Shown here in pieces: positions 28,841-38,659 of a stretch of DNA of 64,000 bases. This stretch comes from a virus, in IMG/VR virus record IMGVR_UViG_3300037504_001427, positions 1-64,000 of that record; one strand, 5' to 3'. Each line of letters begins with the position of its first letter. Within the stretch, counting starts at the first letter, position 1. Position numbers and translations under genes: made by a program. Under the pieces are notes generated by a model. The model saw only the letters and a list, made by a program, of their open reading frames with translations. It made no database searches and was not told where the DNA came from.

Positions 28841-29107
28841 TCATTCTTCCAGTGCCTGAAGCTCTCTCATCTCATGGATCAGCTTGGCTCGGGCTTCCGT
28901 GGCCTCTCTTACCGAGTGGAAATTGATCTTCTGCCAACCGTTGAGATCTGGCACGCCGCAATGTGTACACGGCACGCCCAGCATACGGAGACGAAAGAAC
29001 GCGCTGCCATAATCGCCGTCTCGGTATCCAGGCTTGGTGTTGACCACGCTGACCATGGAGACGTGATCCAGATTAACGGCCACATTGCCTACTTCGACAA
29101 CGTACAT
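28841..29107 (-). CDS. hypothetical cargo protein
   Basis: MYVVEVGNV start after gaaagga; CTHC motif. Confidence 0.55.
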   Translation of the reverse strand: MYVVEVGNVAVNLDHVSMVSVVNTKPGYRDGDYGSAFFRLRMLGVPCTHCGVPDLNGWQKINFHSVREATEARAKLIHEMRELQALEE

Positions 29108-29124
29108 GCACGACTTCCTTTCTA

Positions 29125-29197
29125 TGGCGGGGGAGGGACTCGAACCCTCGACCTTCGGATTATGAATCCGACGCGCTACCGCCTGCGCCACCCCGCA
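29125..29197 (-). tRNA. tRNA with CAT anticodon (Met, initiator-like)
   Basis: 73-nt cloverleaf: acceptor GCGGGG/CCCCGC, anticodon arm TCGGA-TTCATAA-TCCGA, T-loop GTTCGAG; no separate CCA after A73. Confidence 0.9.
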
Positions 29198-29198
29198 T

Positions 29199-29216
29199 TG
29201 TGTGTGTGTGTGTGTG
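29199..29216. repeat. (TG)9 microsatellite
   Basis: Read directly from sequence. Confidence 0.9.
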
Positions 29217-29229
29217 AATCTGATAATGC

Positions 29230-30255
29230 TCATCGCCTGCCTGCCACTGTGCCGAGCCCGTAGCCGTAGCCGTCGCCGTAGCCGAAGCCGCAGCCGTAGC
29301 CGTTGCCGTAGCCGTTGCCGTAGCCGTAGCCGGTGCCGTCGCCGTCGCCGTAGCCGTCGCCGCCACCGAAGCCGTAGCCATTGCCGCGGCTGTCGCCGTT
29401 GCCGTAGCCGTTGCCGTAGCCGTTGCCGTAGCCGAAGCCGAAGCCGCCGTCGCCTACTGGATATCTCATCGCCTGCCCGCCACTGTGCCGATCCCGTAGC
29501 CGTAGCCGTAGCCGTAGCCGAAGCCGCAGCCGTAGCCGTTGCCGTAGCCGTTGCCGTAGCCGTAGCCGGTGCCGTTGCCGTTGCCGTTGCCGTAGCCGTT
29601 GCCGAAACCGTAGCCGTTGCCGTAGCCGTTGCCGTAGCCGAAGCCGTAGCCGTTGCCGTAACCGAAGCCGAAGCCGCCGTCGCCTACTGGATATCTCATC
29701 GCCTGTCCGCCACTGTGCCGTAGCCGTAGCCGAAACCGAAACCGAAGCCGTTGCCGGTGCCGGTGCCGTAGCCGTCGCCGAAACCGTAGCCGTCGCCGAA
29801 ACCGTAGCAGTTGCCGTAGCCGTTGCCGTAGCCGTAGCCGCAGCCGTAGCCGAAGCCGTCGCCAAAGCTGTAGCCGTAGCCGTAGCCGTCGCCGTTGCCG
29901 TTGCCGTAGCCGTTGCCGTCGCCGTTGCCGGTGCCGTAGCCGTTGTCGCGGTCGTCGCCGAAGCCGTGGCCGAAGCCGTAGCCGCCGTCGCCTACTGGAT
30001 ATCTCATCGCCTGCCCGCTACTGTGCCGAGCCCGTAGCCGTAGCCGTCGCCGTAGCCGAAGCCGCAGCCGTAGCCGTTGCCGTAGCCGTTGCCGAAGCCG
30101 TCGCCAAAGCTGTAGCCGTAGCCGTAGCCGTAGCCGTCGCCGTTGCCGTAGCCGTCGCCGTCGCCAAAGCTGTAGCCGTAGCCGTTGTCGCGGTCGTCGC
30201 CGAAGCCGTGGCCGTAGCCGTAGCCGTAGCCGCCGTCGCCTACTGGATATCTCAT
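29230..30255 (-). repeat. Gly-X micro-gene array block B (4 units)
   Basis: ORFs 29230-29469, 29466-29699, 29696-30007, 30004-30255, ending GTVA(G/D)RR. Confidence 0.95.
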
Positions 30256-30810
30256 CGCCTGACGACGAACCCGGCGGTCCTCGGCGACGACACCGGCGGA
30301 CAAAACGTCTCGGAGGCACGTCCACTGCGGCCAGGTTGCTCGTCCCAAGTAACTGCTCAAGTAATCAGGCTGGCCGAGATAGCCATCCTCACCGCCGTCG
30401 TCAGGGAGGTCTCGGATCTTGTCCTCGATGGACAGGGTGCCGGTTGCGACGGGCTCGGCAAAGCCGTCCAAACAGGGCGCCAGGTCCGCCAAGATAGTAG
30501 CCGGAATCGGATTGTTCTCGAGATCCAGATCATCGGGATGCAAGGCAGGACCATCGTCAACAGCGACGTCTTTCTGCAAGATACCATCCAAGGCTCGGGC
30601 AAAGAGCGCTGGATGTTGAATGGAGCCATCAGCGTTCAGGTAAACGTCCGATAGAGCGGTCTGTCGTTTGTCCAGGTCATGAGCGGCAACTCGGAACTTG
30701 AGTATCCAGCGCGCTAGGCATATCCGCGTACTGGCAGAAAAAACATAGGGCTCACGCATCTGGCCCAGAGCTGCGAGCGTCCGTCGTACAGTATGTCCAC
30801 TTAGTTTCAT
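30004..30810 (-). CDS. hypothetical cargo protein reading in frame into a Gly-X unit
   Basis: MKLSGHTV... has no stop before the MRYPVG start at 30255. Confidence 0.5.
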   Translation of the reverse strand: MKLSGHTVRRTLAALGQMREPYVFSASTRICLARWILKFRVAAHDLDKRQTALSDVYLNADGSIQHPALFARALDGILQKDVAVDDGPALHPDDLDLENNPIPATILADLAPCLDGFAEPVATGTLSIEDKIRDLPDDGGEDGYLGQPDYLSSYLGRATWPQWTCLRDVLSAGVVAEDRRVRRQAMRYPVGDGGYGYGYGHGFGDDRDNGYGYSFGDGDGYGNGDGYGYGYGYSFGDGFGNGYGNGYGCGFGYGDGYGYGLGTVAGRR

Positions 30811-30890
30811 AAGGCCCAAGCTATTGGATCCGGCAATCGTGTCAAGCGTCGCGGTAGCCGAGGCCGTAGCCGTCGCTGAAGCCGTAGACG

Positions 30891-31982
30891 TCACCTACTG
30901 GATATCTCATCGCGGCCCTCCACTGTGTGGTAACCGACGCCGTCTGGGACATAAGGTATTCCAGCAATGTCGAGAGCATCTTTGTAGCCCCAATCAAATA
31001 TAGCGGCATGCCACATTTTCGGGTTGTCATGATAAAGAGACTGAAGCGGTGTGGGGCCGGGGCGCACATGGGAGCCGAACATGCAACAGACACAGCCAGA
31101 CGCCCCTCCTTTGGGCAGGATTGGGTAGATATTGTGTTGTTTTAGGTATCCGGCGATTTCGTCTTTAGTCCAAAAGCTCAGTGGATGGCAAAGCCACTCA
31201 CGGTGCGCAGTGGAGTAATAGAGTGCTCCGCGTTGGAGCCACATCATTTCGCGCGAACGCGATTCCTGTACGCGAACGCCTGTGAAATGGCCCAATATTC
31301 CTAGCTTCTTGTTTAAGCGGTGCATTGGCTTTTTCTTCAGTTCATCACAACAACGGCTTCCCGCTAAACCAATCCCGGCTTGGCGAAGCAGTTCAGCCGC
31401 CGCATGTAACTCCTGCGGAACGCGGAGTAAATGTGCGCGATTCCCAGTGGCCACATATTTGTCCACTTTTTGCCCTATGACCTTGGACCATAACGGAACG
31501 CCGACTTTTTGCCAAACCTCACGCGGACGAAGAGCCGGGTATGCGACGTGCAACGAAACGCCCCTCTCCCTCAGCCATTGCTTCCAATGTTTTATCTGCG
31601 CCTTGGTCTCTGGATATTCCAGGCGGGTATCGCTCGTGATGTGCGGGATCGCGAGCTTCAGTCGCTCGACCATAAGATGTGACAGCACGGTGCTGTCTTT
31701 CCCGCCGCTATAACTCAGCGCCCAGCAGTGCGGCAAGCGATTAAACGCCGAGTCAATTATTTTCTCGGAGAGCGCTAGCTTCTTTTCAAACGAGAGTTTC
31801 AAGCCCGCGTTGCGCATCTCCCCACGAACGGACAGCACATCACGCTGGTCCTGCGTCTTGTGCTTGCTTTGCCAGCCGCTCGGAAGATCCATCTCAATCC
31901 ACGCGCAATCGGCTGGATCACCGGCTTCATAGGCGGCTATCTGGTCAAGCGTTAGTCCGCGCCCGTCACCTGGATATCTCAT
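30891..31982 (-). CDS. PAPS reductase-family (PP-loop) protein
   Basis: SYSGGKDS, DTRLEYPET, CCDELKK.P, TGVRVQES..R, SGCVCC. Confidence 0.85.
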   Translation of the reverse strand: MRYPGDGRGLTLDQIAAYEAGDPADCAWIEMDLPSGWQSKHKTQDQRDVLSVRGEMRNAGLKLSFEKKLALSEKIIDSAFNRLPHCWALSYSGGKDSTVLSHLMVERLKLAIPHITSDTRLEYPETKAQIKHWKQWLRERGVSLHVAYPALRPREVWQKVGVPLWSKVIGQKVDKYVATGNRAHLLRVPQELHAAAELLRQAGIGLAGSRCCDELKKKPMHRLNKKLGILGHFTGVRVQESRSREMMWLQRGALYYSTAHREWLCHPLSFWTKDEIAGYLKQHNIYPILPKGGASGCVCCMFGSHVRPGPTPLQSLYHDNPKMWHAAIFDWGYKDALDIAGIPYVPDGVGYHTVEGRDEISSR

Positions 31983-33979
31983 CGCGGCCACTCATCTATC
32001 CACGAAAAGCGATCACCACGCAAGAGGCGTCCGATAACCTCATAAAACACATGGGTGTTATGGAATCCACGGCGGCGATTGCGATTATTGCCGCGGAAGA
32101 TAACCACCTGTATTCCGCATTGTTTGCAAATGTCGCACCCACAGGAATCCCAGGGGCGCTCCTCCAGCACTCGGCGAATGCGGTCTTCCGTTCCGGGGCG
32201 TTTACCAGCAAGGAGCGTATCGTATTCGACCAGATGTCGAACCAGTGTTGGGGGCGGCGATGTTTTATTGAATGTACCATAGGCGGCCAGTCCGGTCAAA
32301 CAATCATGCTCGAGCTTGACGAGGGCATTTTGGGTTATTGCCCCATCTTCGAGTAGGCGTTTTATCCGGAAACTACTGGGGCACATCTTGCTAGGATTCT
32401 TGGGATCTTCCTTGACAGCTTGGGGAACACGGATCGCCGGGTACCAACCATTTTCCGTGAGATAATTGAGGTTATTGCCTAACCATGCTTTGCGCAGCGC
32501 GGATGTACTGTCGATACTGGTAACGCCCAGATCGGCAAAGGCGCGAATAGCAGCGAGGCGTGCCAATCCGAAGAGGTGGATGCGCAGCGACGTTGGCACC
32601 ACTGCACGAACGGCCTTGACGATTTCGATCACTTCCCTCGTCGTTCTGCGCACCAAGCCGCCAAGGCCAATGTAGTCGTATCCCATTTCAACATATTGCA
32701 CCGCAGCTTTGGCGTAGGACTGCGGGTCCCATCCCTGAACAGCGCCGATAGGCGTCCAACTCAACCCGCGCTTGCGGTGCAGAGCAAGAAAGTCGCGCGC
32801 GTTTCTTATTGTCAGATCGTAGCGATATTTGTTTTGATCCTCAAAGGCAGGCACCACGAGGTGGTCCACCGAGACCCCCATGTCGAACCCGAGGCGCGTA
32901 TAGTAATCAGCCACGTCCTCTGTGGTGTAGGGTGGATCCTTCTCGGTGATATAATCGAATGCGCCGCAATCGCCCATGACCGTGTAGTCGCGGGGGACGC
33001 GCAGGTAGCGATGGATGCCCAGGGCGTTAACGGCCTTGGCCTTTTTTTTGCCCTTTTCGGCCACTACGCGCGAAACCAGAATTCCATCGTAGCGGGGCCC
33101 TGCACCGTACATCTGGTGCGCGTAGACTTGGTTGCCCCAATGACCACGCCCCCCGGAATGAGTGTCGTGTTCGAAATCGTAATTCAGGTCGACCTGATCA
33201 TCCCATTCTGGAATGAAGTAGCGGAGGCTGCGCGATGCGGACTCTTTGTGCCAGGCCTCGGAGATCGCTATCACGCGATCTAGCTCCCGCCGACCGTCTT
33301 CAAGTGATGGCAGAAGATCATCAATCCGCTGCCAGTATGCTGGTCCCTTTTCGGCATCCATGGTCATCAACATCCGCCTCACCAGTTCACCCTTCAAGCC
33401 CACCAGGGCGCAAGAGAACCGTTTCGCCTCAGGATTGGAGAGGGTGACATAGCGCATGCCAGCGATTTCGGGAAGGCGTTTGCGGATGGCGGCGCCGCAG
33501 AAAGCGATCACCGGACCAGCGCAGATGACCGATGCATCCAGGGCGCAGGCCTCCAGGTACGGGTCGCCCAGCAGCAGCAGGGTCAGATCCGCCTTGTGGG
33601 CTAGGAGTTTGCGTATGGCCTGCGGTACCTGCAGAAAATCGGCCCACTCGCGCAGGGCGGGTTTTCCCATGCCCTGGAAAGTGACCTCGTAAGGCGCGAT
33701 GATCTGATCGCCGGGGATCAGTCCGTAGCCTGCGGAGAGGATATGCAGATCGACCCAATAATCGCCTTTGGCCCGCAGGGCCTGCACGCCACGCATCAGA
33801 CGCCGGTGTTGCTGTCCGGTGTACATCTCCTCGGCCGGCAACAGATAATCCTTCAGTCCTGCTTCCAACTTTTCGAATTTCTTGGTACCCAGCAGTCGGA
33901 AATCGTCCTGGATGAGCTGCGCGTCCGGCTTGTGGGCCTTTTGGCCGGTGCAGGAGGTAATGATGAGAATGCGTTTCAT
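31979..33979 (-). CDS. dpdA: DpdA-like tRNA-guanine transglycosylase family protein with N-terminal DUF6884-like domain
   Basis: MGDCGAF, SVDH, GAVQGW, IGLGG, IHLFG, SIDS, C.C..C...RGFHN; N-terminal ITSC..K...MYTG...LSAGYGL. Confidence 0.8.
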   Translation of the reverse strand: MKRILIITSCTGQKAHKPDAQLIQDDFRLLGTKKFEKLEAGLKDYLLPAEEMYTGQQHRRLMRGVQALRAKGDYWVDLHILSAGYGLIPGDQIIAPYEVTFQGMGKPALREWADFLQVPQAIRKLLAHKADLTLLLLGDPYLEACALDASVICAGPVIAFCGAAIRKRLPEIAGMRYVTLSNPEAKRFSCALVGLKGELVRRMLMTMDAEKGPAYWQRIDDLLPSLEDGRRELDRVIAISEAWHKESASRSLRYFIPEWDDQVDLNYDFEHDTHSGGRGHWGNQVYAHQMYGAGPRYDGILVSRVVAEKGKKKAKAVNALGIHRYLRVPRDYTVMGDCGAFDYITEKDPPYTTEDVADYYTRLGFDMGVSVDHLVVPAFEDQNKYRYDLTIRNARDFLALHRKRGLSWTPIGAVQGWDPQSYAKAAVQYVEMGYDYIGLGGLVRRTTREVIEIVKAVRAVVPTSLRIHLFGLARLAAIRAFADLGVTSIDSTSALRKAWLGNNLNYLTENGWYPAIRVPQAVKEDPKNPSKMCPSSFRIKRLLEDGAITQNALVKLEHDCLTGLAAYGTFNKTSPPPTLVRHLVEYDTLLAGKRPGTEDRIRRVLEERPWDSCGCDICKQCGIQVVIFRGNNRNRRRGFHNTHVFYEVIGRLLRGDRFSWIDEWPR

Positions 33980-34758
33980 CCGGAGCGCTCCCATTCGATA
34001 ATGGCGAAAGCGTCGTGGTTGTGGATCGATTCGTGGTTGTCGGCTTCGACTCGAAACCAGGTCGTGCGCGGGTCGTCCATCAAGTGGGCGGCAATGTCCC
34101 GTACCACATCCTCGACGAACCGCGGGTTGTCGTAGGCCTGCATCGTGACGTGACGTTCGTCTGCGCGCTTGAGGATCGGATAGACCGGAGCCGAGGCACA
34201 GGCGCCGACCAGCCCTACGACCTCTTCGATCCAGATGATCTGGGGGCTGCGAATCTCAACCACGACGTCACCGCGTTGGTTGTGCGCGCCGTAATCACTG
34301 ATGGCCTTGGAGCAGGGGCACAAGTTGGTCACCGGAATGCGAACGCCGAGGACGAAGTCGAAGGCCGACCTGTCTACGGTCGCATCGAACCAGCAGTCGT
34401 AATCCATCAGGCCGGTCATGCCGGTGGCGGGGGCGGCGCGTTCGATGAAGTACGGGAAATCGACACGAACCTGGGCCCGCTCAGCGCCAAGCCGTTGTTG
34501 GAGGTCCGCCAGCAGCGCGGGAATGGTACGCATGGTCAGCTCGCCCCGATGCTCCTCGAGCGCCTGCAGGAACCGACTCATGTGAGTGCCTTTAAACCGA
34601 TGCGGCAGAGCCACCGAGAGCGAGACCTGGGCCACGGTGTGCTGAGGATCACCGCCCTGGGTCATCACTGTGATGGGGTAGCGCAGGTCCCGCACGCCAA
34701 CCCGGTCGATGGCGATGCCACGCTGATCTTCACTGGCTTGAGTATCGGCAAGATTCAC
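33976..34758 (-). CDS. folE2: GTP cyclohydrolase FolE2 (type IB)
   Basis: IDRVGV, KGTHMSRF, LCPCSK, GAHNQR, LKRADE, NPRFVEDVVR, ESIHNH. Confidence 0.95.
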   Translation of the reverse strand: MNLADTQASEDQRGIAIDRVGVRDLRYPITVMTQGGDPQHTVAQVSLSVALPHRFKGTHMSRFLQALEEHRGELTMRTIPALLADLQQRLGAERAQVRVDFPYFIERAAPATGMTGLMDYDCWFDATVDRSAFDFVLGVRIPVTNLCPCSKAISDYGAHNQRGDVVVEIRSPQIIWIEEVVGLVGACASAPVYPILKRADERHVTMQAYDNPRFVEDVVRDIAAHLMDDPRTTWFRVEADNHESIHNHDAFAIIEWERSG

Positions 34759-35435
34759 GAGGTGCCTCCTAGGCGAACCAAGAGTGGGTCAGGAATACCG
34801 GCCTCGGCAAAGCCCTTCGCCCGCAGTTGGCAGGCTGGGCACTGCCCGCAGGGCGGCACCTGGCCGTTATAGCAGGTGTGGCTGTGGGCCAGCAGATCCA
34901 GCGCGCCAACCTCTTGAGCCAGTCGCACCGAGTCGGCCTTGCTCAAGTGCATGAGCGGGGTGTGGATGGTGATGCCATGCTCCATCCCTGCACGGATGGT
35001 GCCTTGGAGCGACTGCATGGTGGTTTCCCGGCAATCCGGATAACCCGAGTAGTCGGTCTGACAGACGCCGGTAACCAGCTCGGTCACCTTAAGTTGGTAG
35101 GCCCAGGCAGCAGCAAGGGTCAAGAATACCAGGTTGCGGCCGGGGACGAAGGTGTTGGGCAGACCACGTTCAGATTCGTCACCCACCGATTGACCCTCAA
35201 CAGGATCGGAGTCGGCCAGCATGGCTGTTCCGCCGAGGGCAGCTAAGCTGCTGACGGGGACGATGCGGTGTTGAGTGACGCCTGCCTTTTCGGCAATGAT
35301 CTTGGCAGACTCTAGTTCGGCCCGATGACGCTGACCATAGTCGAAGGTGATAGCGTGCAGATTCTGGTAGCGGGAGCGCGCCCAGCCCAGACAAGTGGTC
35401 GAGTCCTGTCCGCCAGATAATACCACCACGATCAT
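34755..35435 (-). CDS. queC: 7-cyano-7-deazaguanine synthase
   Basis: SGGQDSTT, FDYGQRH, VPGRN, GYPDCR, TCY...CGQCPAC.LR. Confidence 0.95.
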   Translation of the reverse strand: MIVVVLSGGQDSTTCLGWARSRYQNLHAITFDYGQRHRAELESAKIIAEKAGVTQHRIVPVSSLAALGGTAMLADSDPVEGQSVGDESERGLPNTFVPGRNLVFLTLAAAWAYQLKVTELVTGVCQTDYSGYPDCRETTMQSLQGTIRAGMEHGITIHTPLMHLSKADSVRLAQEVGALDLLAHSHTCYNGQVPPCGQCPACQLRAKGFAEAGIPDPLLVRLGGTS

Positions 35436-38400
35436 CTATCTTCCCTCCACCGTGCTAATGCCGCCGCCGTGGCCGAAGCCAAAGCCGTGGCCGAAGCCGT
35501 AGCCGAAGCCGTGGCCGTCACCTACTGGATATCTCATCGCATCATCTCCAGGCCTCCACTGTGCCGTAGCCGTTGCCGTGGCCGTAGCCGTTGCCGTAGC
35601 CGTTGCCATAGCCGTCGCCGTAGCCGTAGCCGTAGCCGTTGCCGTAGCCGTCGCCGTAGCCGTAGCCGTCGCCGAAGCCGTCGCCGAAGCCGTAACCGTA
35701 ACCGTAGCCGTAGCCGTAGCCGTCGCCGAAGCCGTAGCCGTCGCCGAAGCCACCGCCGAAGCCGAAGCCGTAGCCGAAGCCGTGGCCGAAGCCGAAGCCG
35801 TCACCTACTGGATAGTTCATCGCCCACCTCCCACTGTGCCGAAGCCGTCACCTTCATCGCCCACCTCCCACTGTGCCGTAGCCATCGCCGTGGCCGTGGC
35901 CGTAGCCGTTGCCATGTCCTGCTGGATATCTCACCGCCTGCCGCCGGCCTCCTGATGTGGCTCAAAGAGGTAGACCTGCACCTCTGGTTCGCGCTCGAAG
36001 GCTGTCACGATCAGGGGTTTGACCTGCTGCCAGTTCAGCCCACCAAGGCCGCAGCCGAGTGGCGGAATGGCAATCGACTGAATCTGGAAGGTCTGCACGA
36101 CGGCAATCAGGTCATCCAGTCCGGTGGCGATGTCGTCCAGTTGGCTGCGCTGTCGCCAGTGGTCCTTGGTCGGGAAATTGATGATCAGCGGCGACTTGGC
36201 GCTGGTGTGCACGAACATCTTGCCCAGCTTGACCTGCCTCCGGTTGCAGGCGTCGCGGTAAGCAACGAAGTTGTCGGGCCAGGCATTCTTGAACTGGAGC
36301 GCCAGGCCCTTGCCCATCACGCCAACGGTGTTCACTGGGTTGACCAGCGCCTGAACCCGTGGTGCCCACGCCAAGATGTCGCCAGAGCAGGACTCGATCA
36401 CGGATACCTCATCGCCTGCCTGCCGCTGTGCCGAGCCCGTAGCCGTAGCCGTCGCCGGTGCCGTAGCCGGTGCCGTAGCCGGTGCCGTAGTCGGAGCCGG
36501 TGCCGGTGCTGTCGCCGTCGCCGTCGCCGTAGCCGTCGCCGAAGCCGTCGCCGAAGCCGTAGTCGGAGCCGTGGCCGTAGCCGTAGCCGTCGCCGAAGCC
36601 ACCGCCGAAGCCGAAGCCGTAGCCGAAGCCATAGCCGAAGCCGAAGCCGGCACCTACTGGGTATCTCATCGCCTGCCCGCCACTGTGCCGAGCCCGAAGC
36701 CGAAGCCGTATCCGTTGCCGAAGCCGTCGCCGTAGCCGTCGCCGCTGCTGTTGCCGTTGCCGTTGCCGTTGCCACCACCGAAGCCGTCGCCGTTGCCGAA
36801 GCCGTCGCCGAAGCCGTCGCCACTGCTGTTACCGCGACTGTCGCCGTTGCCGTTGCCGTTGCCGCAGCCGTAGCCGAAGCCGAAGCCGTCACCTACTGGA
36901 TATCTCATCGCATCATCTCCAGGCCTCCACTGTGCCGTGGCCGTGGCCGTAGCCGTTGCCGAAGCCGTCGCCGTCGCCGTAGCCGTCGCCGTTGCCGTTG
37001 CCGTAGCCGTCGCCGTCGCCGTAGCTGTCGCCGAAGCCGTATCCGTTGCCGAAGCCGTCGCCGTTGCCGTTGCCGTAGCCGTCGCCGTCGCCGTAGCCGT
37101 CGCCGTAGCTGTAGCCGTAGCTGTCGCCGTGGCCGTAACCGTAGCTGTCGCCGCTGCCGTCACCTACTGGATAGTTCATTGCCCACCTCCCATCCGTAGC
37201 CGTCACCTACTGGGTATCTCATCGCCTGCTCGCCGCTGTACCGAGCCCGAAGCCGAAGCCGTATCCGTTGCCGAAGCCGTCGCCGTAGCTGTCGCCGTAG
37301 CCGTTGCCGTTGCCGCGACTGTCGCCGTTGCCGTTATCGTTGCCGCAGCCGTAGCCGAAGCCGTAGCCGCCACCTACTGGATATCTCATCACCCACCTCC
37401 CACTGTGCCGTGGCCGTTGCCGTTGCCGTCGATGTCGCCGTAGCCGTTGCCGTAGCCGGCGCCGAAGCCGTAGCCGTAGCCGAAGCCGGCGCCGTCGCCG
37501 GAACCGTCGCCGAAACCGTCGCCGAAGCCGGAGCCTTCGCCGTCGCCGTCGCCGTCGCCGTAGCCGTAGCCGTCGCCGTAGCCGTCGCTGTCACCGAAGC
37601 CGTCGCCGAAGCCGAAGCCGCAGCCGTCACCTACTGGATATCTCATCGCATCATCTCCAGGCCTCCACTGTGCCGTGGCCGTAGCCGTTGCCGTTGCCGA
37701 AGCCGTAGCCGAAGCCGTAGCCGAAGCCGTGGCCGTAGTCGGAGCCGTAGCCGGTGCCGTAGCCGTAGCCGTAGTCGTCGCCGAAGCCGCCAAATCCGTC
37801 GCCGAAGCCGCCGCCGCCGTAACTGTCGCCGAAGTCGGAGCCGTCGCCGAAGCCGTAGCCGTCGCCGAAGCCACCGCCGAAGCCGAAGCCGTAGCCGAAG
37901 CCGTAGCCGAAACCGAAGCCGTCACCTACTGGATAGTTCATCGCCCACCTCCCACTGTGCCGTGACCGTTGCCGTTGCCGTCGATGTCGTCGTAGCCGTG
38001 GCCGAAGCCGAAGCCGTAACCGTAGCACGCCGGCAGGCGCATCGCAAAAACGGTGAATGATGCGTCGCCGAAGTCGTAGCCGAAGCCGCAGCCGTAGCCG
38101 AAGCCGTCGCCAAAGCTGTAGCCGTAGCCGTAGCCGTCGCCGAAGCCGAAGCCGCAGCCGTCACCTACTGGATATCTCACCACCTGCCCTCCACCGTGTC
38201 GTAGCCGCAGCCGTCGCCGTCGCCGAAGCCGCAGCCGTAACTGTCGCCGTAGCCGAAGCCGTGGCCGTTGCCGTCGCCGTTGCCACCACCTACTGGATAT
38301 CTCATCGCCCACTTCCAACTGTGCCGTGGCCGCGGCCGTTGCTGTTGCCGCAGCCGTAGCCATCGCCGTCGCCGTCGCCGTAGCCGTAGCCGTCGCCGTA

Positions 38401-38540
38401 GCCGTCGCTGTCACCGAAGCCGTAGCCGTAGCCGTAGCCGTCGCCGTAGCCATCGCCGTCACCGAAGCCGTCGCCGTAGCCGTCGCCGTCACCGAAGCCG
38501 TAGCCGAAGCCGCCACCTACTGGATATCTCATCGCCCACC
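35436..38540 (-). repeat. Gly-X micro-gene array block C (12 intact units plus degenerate ones, interrupted by the macrodomain gene)
   Basis: ORFs 35436-35537, 35542-35820, 35854-35934, 36409-36669, 36666-36908, 36913-37179, 37219-37389, 37389-37646, 37651-37941, 37938-38180, 38177-38305, 38302-38532. Confidence 0.95.
35931..36401 (-). CDS. Macrodomain ADP-ribosylhydrolase (DarG N-terminal/TARG1-like)
   Basis: GDIL...LVNPVNTVGVMGKGLALQFK...IINFPTKDHWR...IAIPPLGCGLGGL.W. Confidence 0.9.
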   Translation of the reverse strand: MIESCSGDILAWAPRVQALVNPVNTVGVMGKGLALQFKNAWPDNFVAYRDACNRRQVKLGKMFVHTSAKSPLIINFPTKDHWRQRSQLDDIATGLDDLIAVVQTFQIQSIAIPPLGCGLGGLNWQQVKPLIVTAFEREPEVQVYLFEPHQEAGGRR

Positions 38541-38659
38541 TTTCGCTGCTGGCGCCGGCTTGAGCCACCATCCACGCTATTGACCGTGACGGCTGAGTCA
38601 AGCCGCTCTGGCGCTCGTGTTTCAGCGGATTTCACCGATCACGCTTCTTACTGAATCGG

